Shown piece by piece: positions 28,201 to 32,000 of a stretch of 32,000 nt of DNA. Position 1 is the stretch's first letter. Each line of letters opens with the position of its first letter. Position numbers and translations under genes: made by a program. The notes under the pieces are model-generated. The model was not told the DNA's origin. It ran no database searches and saw only the letters and a program-made list of their open reading frames with translations. Source of the DNA: Mucisphaera calidilacus (GTDB lineage Bacteria; Planctomycetota; Phycisphaerae; Phycisphaerales; Phycisphaeraceae); assembly GCF_007748075.1 (NCBI RefSeq), contig NZ_CP036280.1, forward strand, positions 3,360,001 through 3,392,000, in the 5' to 3' direction.

Positions 28201-31200
28201 CTCGGCGGAACGCCCTACCGCGACGCCGAGGGCAACCGCGTCCTCGACACCACCACCGGGCCGCTCGTCACCGCACGCATCAACGACGAGGGCAACGGCC
28301 TGGTCTTCGAAGACCAGACCGCGGGCGGCAACACCTTCCAGATCAACGTCGACGATCCTGACTCCGACCTCATCACCATCTTCGGACTCGACGCCACCGA
28401 CGGCGGCGTCGGCGAGGGCGCCTCCGACGGCAACCTCATGACCGGCAGCATCCTCCTGACCGAGGCGATCAAGACCGACCTCCGCGACGTGCTCGGCAGC
28501 GCCGCCGGCAACACCTTCGACCCGACCAACACCCTGCGCCTGAGCATCGACCTCCGCGACGGCTCCAACGGCGTCATCGTCGACCTCACCGGGCTCAGCA
28601 CCTTCGAGGACGTCGCTCAGGCCATCTACGACCAGACCGACCAACGCGTCACCCTCGTCACCGCGGGCGGCGCACGCATGGTCGCGATCGACAACTCCAC
28701 CGACAACGGCGGGACCTTCGCCATCGCCGATGCCGTCGGCGACCTCGCCGAGAAGCTCGGCATCGCCGCCGTCGACGACGGGGCCGACCCCAACGACCAG
28801 GACGGCGCCCCGAACGGACGCATCCTCGGACGCGGACTCGTCACCCTTGAGACGCAGCTCAGCGTCTTGGGCGTCGCGGTCAACGGCGACGAGGTCCTCA
28901 GCTTCGACCTCGCCGGGGCCGACCCCGCACGCACCGGCTTCACCGTCAACCTCGTCAACTTCACCGTCAACACCGTCGGCGACCTCATCAACGCCATCGA
29001 GACCGTCGCCGGCAATTTCCCCGTGGTCGGCAACGGCCTCACGGTCGAGATCGTCAACACCGACTTCGACGGCAGCTACCTCGTTGTTTCCGACAACGGC
29101 GGCTCCTCGGCACTCCGCATCACCGACGTCGAAGGCACCATCGCACAAGACCTCGGCATCAGCGGCTTCGACGGCGGCCCGACCGACGACGACGGCGCAG
29201 CCGACGGCACCTTCTCGTCCATCAACCTCTTCATCCGCACCGCGACCCTCGCCGACTCCAGCGTCAGCTTCGCCGGCGACCAGGTCCTCGACCTCGCCCT
29301 CGACGGCGGCGTCGCAACCGCCACCCTCTCCGACGTCGACACGCTCGCGGGCGTCATCAACGCCTTCGAGGCCGACGACAACGTCCGCGCCGGCTTCGAC
29401 GGGCTCGGACGACTCGTCCTTATCGACACCACAGGCGACGGCGGCTTCACCATCACCCAGACCAGCGGCGACGCGGCCGTCGCGCTCGGCCTGCTCCCGA
29501 CCGATGGTCTCGCGGGTGTCGCCGACGGCGTCATCAACACCCTGCCCATCACCCCCGTCGTCACCGAGAACACCTCGTTGCTCGGCGGCCTGGGCATCAA
29601 CTTCCAGGACGAGCTGGCCATCACCGTCCAGCTACGCGACTCGAGCGTCTTCAGCATCGACCTCTCCGAGGCACGCACCGCCGAGCAGGTCCTCGACGCT
29701 ATCAGCCGCGCAACCTCCGGTCTCGTCTCCGCCGAGTTCGGCGCCGGCGGACGCATCATCCTCACCGACAGCTCGATCGGCGCCGCCAGCTTCTCCATCA
29801 GCGACACCTCGGGCGTCATCGCACAGCGCCTGGGTATCGCAGCCACCGACGGCCTGGTTAATGACGTCGACGGCGTAGTCGACGGCGTGATCCTCGGGCG
29901 GTCCATTATCCAGACCTCCACACGCCTGAGCATGCTCGGCATCGACCCCGCCAACGGCATCGTCGACGTCGACTACCGCGACGGCACCAGCAGCACCATC
30001 GACCTCTCCGGAGCACGGTCCGTCGCCGACGTCGCCGCCACCCTGGCCGCCGATTCCTCCGGCAGGCTCTCCGTCACCATCACCACCGACGGCAGGCTGC
30101 TCGTCACCGACGGCTCCAGCGGAGGCGGAACCTTCGCCATCGCCGACAACAATATCTTCAGCACCATCGCCCGGGACCTCGGCATCGACCAGACCGACGA
30201 CGGCAGCGACAACGACGGCGTCGCCAACAAGCAGATCCTTGGCAACCGCCTGATCGCCTCGCAGGCGACCCTGCCCGCGGCACTCGGCGCCGGCCAGACC
30301 CTCCGGCTCAACCTCCAGAGCGGGGCCACCGTCGACGTCGACCTGTCCAACGCCAACACCTTTGGCGAGATCATCCACAAGATCAACATCGACGCCGCCG
30401 GCCTCGTCTCAGCACGGCTCGCTTCCGACGCGCGGCTCGTGATCACCGACCTCACCGCCGGCGGCAACGTCTTCTCCATCGCCGATCAGGCCGGCACGCC
30501 CGCCACGACCCTCGGCATCGCCGCGACCGACGGCGGCGCAGGCGACCAGGACGGCGAACTCGCCGCCGACGGAACCATCAAGGGCACCAGCCTCTACGGC
30601 GACAACGCGGCGGCCGTCAACCTCTTCGACCTCGGTATCAGCTTCGTGGCCGGTGACGCCTTCACCATCACCACCGCCGACAACGTCACCACCGTCATCA
30701 ACGTCGCGGCCGCCACCACCCTCGACGACCTCATCACCGCCATCGAGACCGCCCCCAACGTCTCGGTCACCGTCGGACTCGACGGCGGGCTCAACGTCGA
30801 AGACACCTCCGGCGGTGCGACCGTACCCTTCCGCATCTACACCGACGCCGGACAGAGCAGCAACGCCCTCGAACAAATCGGCCTCGAAGCCTCCGACGGC
30901 GGCGCGGGCGATCTCGACGGCTCCTCCGACAACACCATCACCGGAACCAGCATCGTCACCGCCGCCACACGCATGTCGCTCCTGGGCATCGCCGCCACCG
31001 GCGCCGAAGAACTCGTCCTCACCCTCCACGACGGCTCCACCCGTGTCGTCGACCTCACCGACACCACGACCATCGGCGAGGTCATCGAGGCGATCCAGAC
31101 CCAGACCGCCAACGACGTCACCGTCGTCATCGACCAGGCCGGGCGACTCCTGCTCACCGACACCACCGCCGACGCCGGCGGCGCCTTCACCATCAACAAC

Positions 31201-32000
31201 CTCGCCGGCACGCCCGCGACCGACCTGGGCATCCTCACGACGCAGGCCACCCGGCTCGCCGACGCCCTCGGCATCGCCGGCACCGACGGCACCGACGCGG
31301 ACGGCGCCGCCAACGGCACGCTCCTCGGTCCCGCCATCCTCACCGACGCGTTCACACTCGACGCCCTCGGCATCAACCCCGCCAACGGCGCGATCGACGT
31401 CACCCTTCAGGACGGCACCACCGTCACCATTGACCTCGCCGCCGCGACCTCCATCGAGGACGTCAGCGACGCCATCGCCGCCGCGACCTCAGGCAACCTC
31501 ACGCTCCTCGTCACCACCGAGGGACGCCTCCAACTCACCGACGCCACCGCGGGCGGCTCCACACTCACCATCGCCGACAACGGCAGCTCGACCATCGCCG
31601 CCGACCTGGGCATCGCCGCCACCGACGGCGGGCCGGGCGACGACGACGCCATCGCCAACGGCGTGATTGTGGGCGACAACATCCTCGCCGACGCACTCAC
31701 CCTCCAGGCCCTCGGCCTCGAGGCCAACGGCGCGGGCGTCAACGTCACCCTGCAGGACGCCACCGCCGCCAACGTCGATCTCAGTGCCGCCGCGTCCGTC
31801 GACGACGTCGCTACCGCTCTCGCGGCCGGCACCGCCGGCAACCTCAGCCTCGTCATCACGCCCGATGGCCGACTCCAGCTCACCGACGCCACCGCAGGCG
31901 GGTCCACCCTCCGTGTCTCCGACGACGCGGTCCTCGGCAACAACCTCGTCACCAAGCTCGTCGCCGAGGACGCACTCTCCACCGTCGACGGCACCACCAT
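16216..32000 (+). CDS. giant secreted/cell-surface repeat protein, 5' part only (at least 5,261 codons in window; continues past the right edge)
   Basis: Frame +1 has its last stop at TAG 16141-16143. I translated every line from there to 32000 and met no stop. The ORF track omits it because it has no stop. Start is GTG 16216 (GAAAGG at 16203-16208, 7 nt upstream), with ATG 16246 as an alternative. Third codon positions are strongly G/C. The N-terminus is VFSRKKRRTAMKKRSSKQQQAKQPARKKSRLQLEALEPRVLL. Confidence 0.85.
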   Translation, partial: MFSRKKRRTAMKKRSSKQQQAKQPARKKSRLQLEALEPRVLLTTLFGGDTFVYTDANDNNVEVQIEGDVIVELIAAQYNPAIDGFEIGNLPGLLLADGGGLNSPIIGRTSSSITVFNDDGAAVNNVYGAINGGLNGTIGSTFWTDISSFIIPDTITGVTVPEDDALEYQSIATNAAGDTYGFLVLPRTYVDANGEEFEQNEIFVVRLDSTEGGTTHELIASLSNLQGGLGSGGPDAIGPLYNLELDADTNAADWEPLVRAADFNPGDGLLYFVVEAEDPTIGSPIDKLFAYDVENDVTFPVVDLEGSPADPADPAPLFPPSEEQFISSMAFEVTGQEDGNNTYRMVFWIDVDDEEIGGQLAWVDVTEDPTDDLRNTIATQASDSANFSFSGALVDPATVREDDPTNITGVTGIEFFGDNTLNTEQFLYIVDGDNALLYQVDMTDTSQVRTMGVTTDGDPDEPNGENLAGMAYDANTLNPFTGTPGVFFATDTETDNLVILDHRFRPSTEAGAGADLFMIYVTKGDSENGRIRIAMRNDDIFVTGNEDPRSLTPYGGEAYEWSAALTDGTPTITPPGGSGGVLIGAVDDPDSDIPVNVLDPVYVGNLPEGRNEVPDFVTYPYLFDTHVNLNQGTPEDEGPDVAPGVQISASLWDYYSGSLLGSLMGNNIDVVTEAAISADGTRLALIDSDGVDALGRTVDENGDFIGDELFVFNLSTLQLEQSTRIFSNASGSRATLSNIQGLDFGDFDSDGVDELYAIYNAGGSASVGVLQVGSNGLFTGEFIANAAISRAPGSPPATNTAPAADDIRITLRDGTNIDVDLDQLPDLTTVTLQQLIDVINDDPDNLANPDANIGGKLLEVRGNNTLLSDFKVGNFTHLEFIDRSSLFYMIDNGSSTLASALGLDKVDGSDRINENQLPDGTLSAGLAFEDIYARLHDDTVLHDIQDAQGESLFTAAGVNTLLSNGAGVVDFTIETRDGNTFEVDLDGAAFAALDDTSTLDDFITALGTVQDTTATTDIATALNFAVTGRLQITDTTVFDDNSIFRVVIANDSTAMALLGLTSTNAEDSTGSTTRIDGNTVDNITGNLAISLDTPIDALLDRNLNPVDVTDADITLKGQDGAPQNYTFVAGNTLQTIIDDLAPDDFTLNIAPGTAVTLDDGNAAGTTMQLSDQAGSSFFSQLFFGTNETGTAAIDDDSAPDVAGSNPGIIRPDDFFSTGQTITPAAQLSAIWASEITGRVQAFAIDPITQHGFAIDDGSVDGTSLIEFNLITGAAIRSGLLPDQLDGADTTARFGTMDFTSDGNLRAHDVATGSLITIDTTNFRSGLLSAANIPFTGNQRIAIDLQDGTTDFFVDLTGANDFQGIINRIQSATNGNVSVTLGGANSLILTDNTAGGGTFAIRNAAGTNAATLLGINTVDNGGGDLRADVGIIQGQPNFTAVNIDPTLSTVSGSIGPDIGAITFNNATSEFLGLNNALSVHRLLNEAGSNESAALVRLAGFEAGDAEGQDLRDLFIGGTLTGVFYGTGSIETLYVGWAITGDATGKNTGLFTNTLDHDFILLGDVRDLIFSSSVGGSDALETTFNVTPLLTTGTDISVGGTIGRLMVARPGSGLYADVTVLNPVEFNDGIDYDDLPYSEIEGNNDPNITDRITQKWSLPEIEPYATLYAGDGRFSNDSFETAEPLGALRNGGIDGSEALTVRGTLYSGINDDDHVDYYSLGLLAGQTITLDLVPVLDIDFNPFRVGIFDPDGRLVATNYAHVDKVRKASDFFEFTADIPGEYRFAVGVFTNPLFEDGGDTITAEYNLDIFGVGNMGLGGVVATNIANNIISVAQGDIGAVRADTNQIANVGFLAGRNIRSIDAADDIGYREGEDIVDFSIIVQAGGDVGLIRQQLGIGEGTMQIGSLFAGGDVQMIEAGGIFIGNLSIDGGLGVLRAGGINGSDTAGGDYEGPISNIRVNADNSLDGDGIIDLIDVAGDLGSSAQAPNNTVVIGGPSISTGPDGNVRYMRVGGLIYQNNDFGAGQFGEFRLDAGEGATIVDDSGATVRIAPVDTGEVVTNEDGTTPDEDDPVAFLTYRTFAIADGGSVLVDIHSSGGVSIVGNSLGTGAPVEIGAIYANGQGRAVTINEEEGFAELPELEVFEEEIDLYVSIGGGHNNPVHVYYVGTDGDDNGTSETRGQFSAITNNTGGEIVNIEAATIGTLSVDGVVGYGLSYATDSAVRGFLLTQDIIANENIATVVTAPRTGVVSGSIENVRTDTALGNFFVSGIVTSVRADADGIDDPNLFEGVNGAFIVIDDSGLEILNGNIFSFDVGEGISSSGSGQFAEAGIFAIGRIDGGSLIIGTGAIGSITGRDAAIYGDIYADISIQNISLTGDSVISGGDILVTAGSAATLQLLDPLVLIDGGLASGLSINDPDPDAVALGERQRVGLNNINVNGTGGIIGAFIGGPLIGNITVNNGFGIFNSVVASPGTEGTINNLNIDGYGLRGTYVTSKGDINNILVNGRGEQLAVTDFSVHARSSESVGVDPATGIAFDPATGLPIDRYNDLHRFLGTDATTPGTSDLDNAGVIDSAVIQTAGNLTGQIRAYQIASTYDPSDEHPFNDQILSDTLGNALPAYTYINVAGKLNKLILTSTAANLQDHHNINTVAGQSLGIDPFTSLPTELADVSIAGLSITAGELGTFTPGANVVGLDLTVDGLIRNLNFKGDLLSLTELDPILTSSIEARGPGGQITNLTVAGDMQADIFATNYINRVTIDGDLTGTITVLRGDLRGRGLGTLTLGGDLIDGGLDIEGDVNAIRIDGSVGNPRNAFDEIADQLLITGNLGTFQSGQRVDGANMALDLVVLGDMRTLDVSGMFTGELFVGGDLGSFRVAADAVTRGTTIIGSEFGDVDVNVSGTIGSVTVSNGHVGDGELDTNNDAVLERVRINAGEGIRNFSVTNGSVLADAQVASALGDINAITVRGGDFHGRVDANAGTVRNLRLSGSDFGGSLNALELSSFTIDGSLLTGATIDVDEAGRISIGQDIQAGVVVTLGSAQSLTVRNDLNGTLLVEGTSSRLNLTVSNDVTGQVFLGADANIRIGGDLDSSTPITVDTTLAELGIVGSPGSSIEVQLRDGTAPRVVDLTGVSTIAELKAAIEAEVPFVIVSIDDDQEAIRLTDESPDNGATFSVTDLGNGTIARTLGFNTADGGAGDRDNNANGTIEGAPIGFGLVQGTSLEDLGADIAPDSDLRFTLSDGSSLSVSLAGAESLQDIIDAINAVSINLTAGLDPTGTALQVTDATGNGLQIQNGVDSRMAERLGLLATDGALGDNDGALDGTITGSRLSGALLYIDGDASNLSIDSVNGGVFVTGELRSLNANSIDASVIVTGQDLGRINVRNDISNTLVQAGLLPTASIEQVALQIRQDLPGQAVVLYNPVDGTDASRGEIGSLSAVNLTESVIAAGGEFGTLRLRGGMTDSSVSSGIVFGVTAVNDAARDATTLGTAAERNDARGTAGDRVLTQGDFGSATISGSVATSAITAGIDPGDDGIFDANATSLVGAPAANDSNIYSSTTGGQSAIGTLNAGAWDGASLGLSDGPISRTNLPGGQQGIFDYTIEAIDGAAGSPVAALPVTVIAPNADGTITVPGATGSLIVRPAGGATVVVYDDNAADDTIDAIVITGGARNASLTITGDGANDPADWAIERILADDDASLATLRFDGLLTGDDATGTVDLWLESGLSTLVLGGFAETTANGLTGRIAGDIRTADLGTVGGGNLTIGGEVSRLTLGGSENSPVLGNAAESASPGITEITFTNTGLFYSFDGNTGLFQSSDTTDVATFAIADNGPSTIAADLGIAGTDGAAGDTDNTDNNAILGTQLSADPITLDTTLADLGIDPTGGNVDFAFRDGNTATIDLSAATTLRDVASILTADSEGRLYTTLTDDGELRIVETSTTTRVSIDDTLASGVEINPGETLTISLRDGGDDLTINLSNVYTLQDLIDAVNTQSFRFFTDLGGTPYRDAEGNRVLDTTTGPLVTARINDEGNGLVFEDQTAGGNTFQINVDDPDSDLITIFGLDATDGGVGEGASDGNLMTGSILLTEAIKTDLRDVLGSAAGNTFDPTNTLRLSIDLRDGSNGVIVDLTGLSTFEDVAQAIYDQTDQRVTLVTAGGARMVAIDNSTDNGGTFAIADAVGDLAEKLGIAAVDDGADPNDQDGAPNGRILGRGLVTLETQLSVLGVAVNGDEVLSFDLAGADPARTGFTVNLVNFTVNTVGDLINAIETVAGNFPVVGNGLTVEIVNTDFDGSYLVVSDNGGSSALRITDVEGTIAQDLGISGFDGGPTDDDGAADGTFSSINLFIRTATLADSSVSFAGDQVLDLALDGGVATATLSDVDTLAGVINAFEADDNVRAGFDGLGRLVLIDTTGDGGFTITQTSGDAAVALGLLPTDGLAGVADGVINTLPITPVVTENTSLLGGLGINFQDELAITVQLRDSSVFSIDLSEARTAEQVLDAISRATSGLVSAEFGAGGRIILTDSSIGAASFSISDTSGVIAQRLGIAATDGLVNDVDGVVDGVILGRSIIQTSTRLSMLGIDPANGIVDVDYRDGTSSTIDLSGARSVADVAATLAADSSGRLSVTITTDGRLLVTDGSSGGGTFAIADNNIFSTIARDLGIDQTDDGSDNDGVANKQILGNRLIASQATLPAALGAGQTLRLNLQSGATVDVDLSNANTFGEIIHKINIDAAGLVSARLASDARLVITDLTAGGNVFSIADQAGTPATTLGIAATDGGAGDQDGELAADGTIKGTSLYGDNAAAVNLFDLGISFVAGDAFTITTADNVTTVINVAAATTLDDLITAIETAPNVSVTVGLDGGLNVEDTSGGATVPFRIYTDAGQSSNALEQIGLEASDGGAGDLDGSSDNTITGTSIVTAATRMSLLGIAATGAEELVLTLHDGSTRVVDLTDTTTIGEVIEAIQTQTANDVTVVIDQAGRLLLTDTTADAGGAFTINNLAGTPATDLGILTTQATRLADALGIAGTDGTDADGAANGTLLGPAILTDAFTLDALGINPANGAIDVTLQDGTTVTIDLAAATSIEDVSDAIAAATSGNLTLLVTTEGRLQLTDATAGGSTLTIADNGSSTIAADLGIAATDGGPGDDDAIANGVIVGDNILADALTLQALGLEANGAGVNVTLQDATAANVDLSAAASVDDVATALAAGTAGNLSLVITPDGRLQLTDATAGGSTLRVSDDAVLGNNLVTKLVAEDALSTVDGTT
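16306..16341 (+). other. N-terminal LQLEALEPRVLL motif (LExLExRxLL type) after a Lys/Arg-rich stretch
   Basis: Read directly from the translation. From memory, this motif recurs near the N-terminus of many large planctomycete extracellular proteins. Confidence 0.6.
18634..20484 (+). repeat. four dispersed copies of the ~115-aa 'RDG...TD...LG' module (protein-level repeat)
   Basis: Copies are anchored at ITLRDGT (~18640), ETRDGN (~19135), LKGQDG (~19558) and DLQDGT (~20245). Each has a T-L-x-[DQ]-[LFI]-I-x-x-[IL] helix, a later L-x-[IL]-TD strand and a terminal LLG[LI]. A non-repeat segment separates copies 3 and 4. Confidence 0.6.
21230..21575 (+). other. PPC-type (bacterial pre-peptidase C-terminal-like) jelly-roll domain inside the giant protein
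   Basis: NDSFETAEPLGAL...LTVRGTLYSGINDDDHVDYYSLGLLAGQTITLDLV...FRVGIFDPDGRLVATNY...FEFTADIPGEYRFAVG follows the PPC pattern (N....A..L...G.L....D.D.Y.F....G..I...L......L.L.D..G..vA.s........f.a...G.Y...V). Confidence 0.55.
25540..26178 (+). repeat. two further copies of the ~115-aa module
   Basis: First copy: IEVQLRDGTAPRVVDLTGVSTIAELKAAIEA...IRLTDESPDNGATFSVTDLGNGTIARTLGFNTADGGAGDRDNNANGTIEG. Second copy: LRFTLSDGSSLSVSLAGAESLQDIIDAINA...LQVTDATGNGLQIQN...MAERLGLLATDGALGDNDGALDGTITG. Confidence 0.65.
27580..32000 (+). repeat. tandem array of about 12-13 copies of the ~115-aa module (period ~340-380 nt; protein-level, DNA copies divergent), truncated by the window edge
   Basis: Anchors [LY][RQH]DG[TSGN] lie at ~27871, 28093, 28549, 29629, 29971, 31021 and 31402. 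Degenerate equivalents lie at ~28880, 29290, 30310, 30667 and 31744. Consensus by eye: L..LGI...g..v.v.LrDGt...iDLs.A.T..Dv..aI.....g.L...it.dGRL.LTD.t.GG..f.I.D.....iA.dLGIaAtDGG.GD.D..a.NG.I.G. Confidence 0.75.

Noticed and set aside
28730-29878. Frame +2 ORFs inside the giant gene (e.g. 16331..16870, 22712..23233, 25592..26263, 26645..27223, 28730..29878, 30653..31666)
   Set aside because: Their translations are Pro/Ser/Thr/Ala/Arg-rich low-complexity sequence, typical of an off-frame reading of GC-rich coding DNA. Each is interrupted, whereas frame +1 is continuous for 15.8 kb.
25780-31680. GG.GD.D loops considered as RTX nonapeptide repeats
   Set aside because: They occur once per ~115-aa module rather than as tandem GGxGxDxUx nonapeptides, and most copies do not fit the consensus at position 6. 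This is not a beta-roll.
27580-32000. Regular ~350-nt periodicity that might suggest a CRISPR array or satellite DNA
   Set aside because: There is no conserved short DNA repeat unit. The period is far too long for CRISPR. The copies are similar only at the protein level and lie in one continuous coding frame.

Overview
GC-rich bacterial chromosomal window. I infer Planctomycetota from the basic N-terminus plus LExLExRxLL motif of the large protein; this is not proven. Positions 1-9.2 kb are mostly housekeeping: a truncated polysaccharide deacetylase running off the left edge (minus strand), pyk, translationally coupled purE-purK, an RND efflux adaptor and permease pair, and two small minus-strand genes (a DUF2892 membrane protein and a hypothetical). 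Positions 9.2-15.75 kb hold a tightly packed five-gene minus-strand operon. It encodes a GAF-GAF-TM-HlyD adaptor, a PqqD-like/M50 metalloprotease/HlyD fusion, a DUF3467 protein, a PBP4-type DD-peptidase and a GNAT acetyltransferase. It contains no ABC, MFS or RND energiser and no outer-membrane factor. A visibly lower-GC 464-bp divergent control region follows at 15752-16215. From 16216 to the right edge, frame +1 is one uninterrupted ORF of at least 5,261 codons. The supplied ORF track omits it because it has no stop in the window and shows only shadow ORFs across it. The product is acidic and I saw no cysteine. It carries a basic N-terminus with LQLEALEPRVLL, propeller-like and FG-GAP-like segments, a PPC-type jelly-roll, long beta-solenoid-like stretches and about 18-19 copies of a ~115-aa beta-alpha-beta-like module joined by Asp-rich loops. 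The main lead is the double-adaptor/protease operon placed head-to-head with this giant gene, possibly a leader-dependent processing and export device. I found no tRNA, rRNA, CRISPR array or mobile element.
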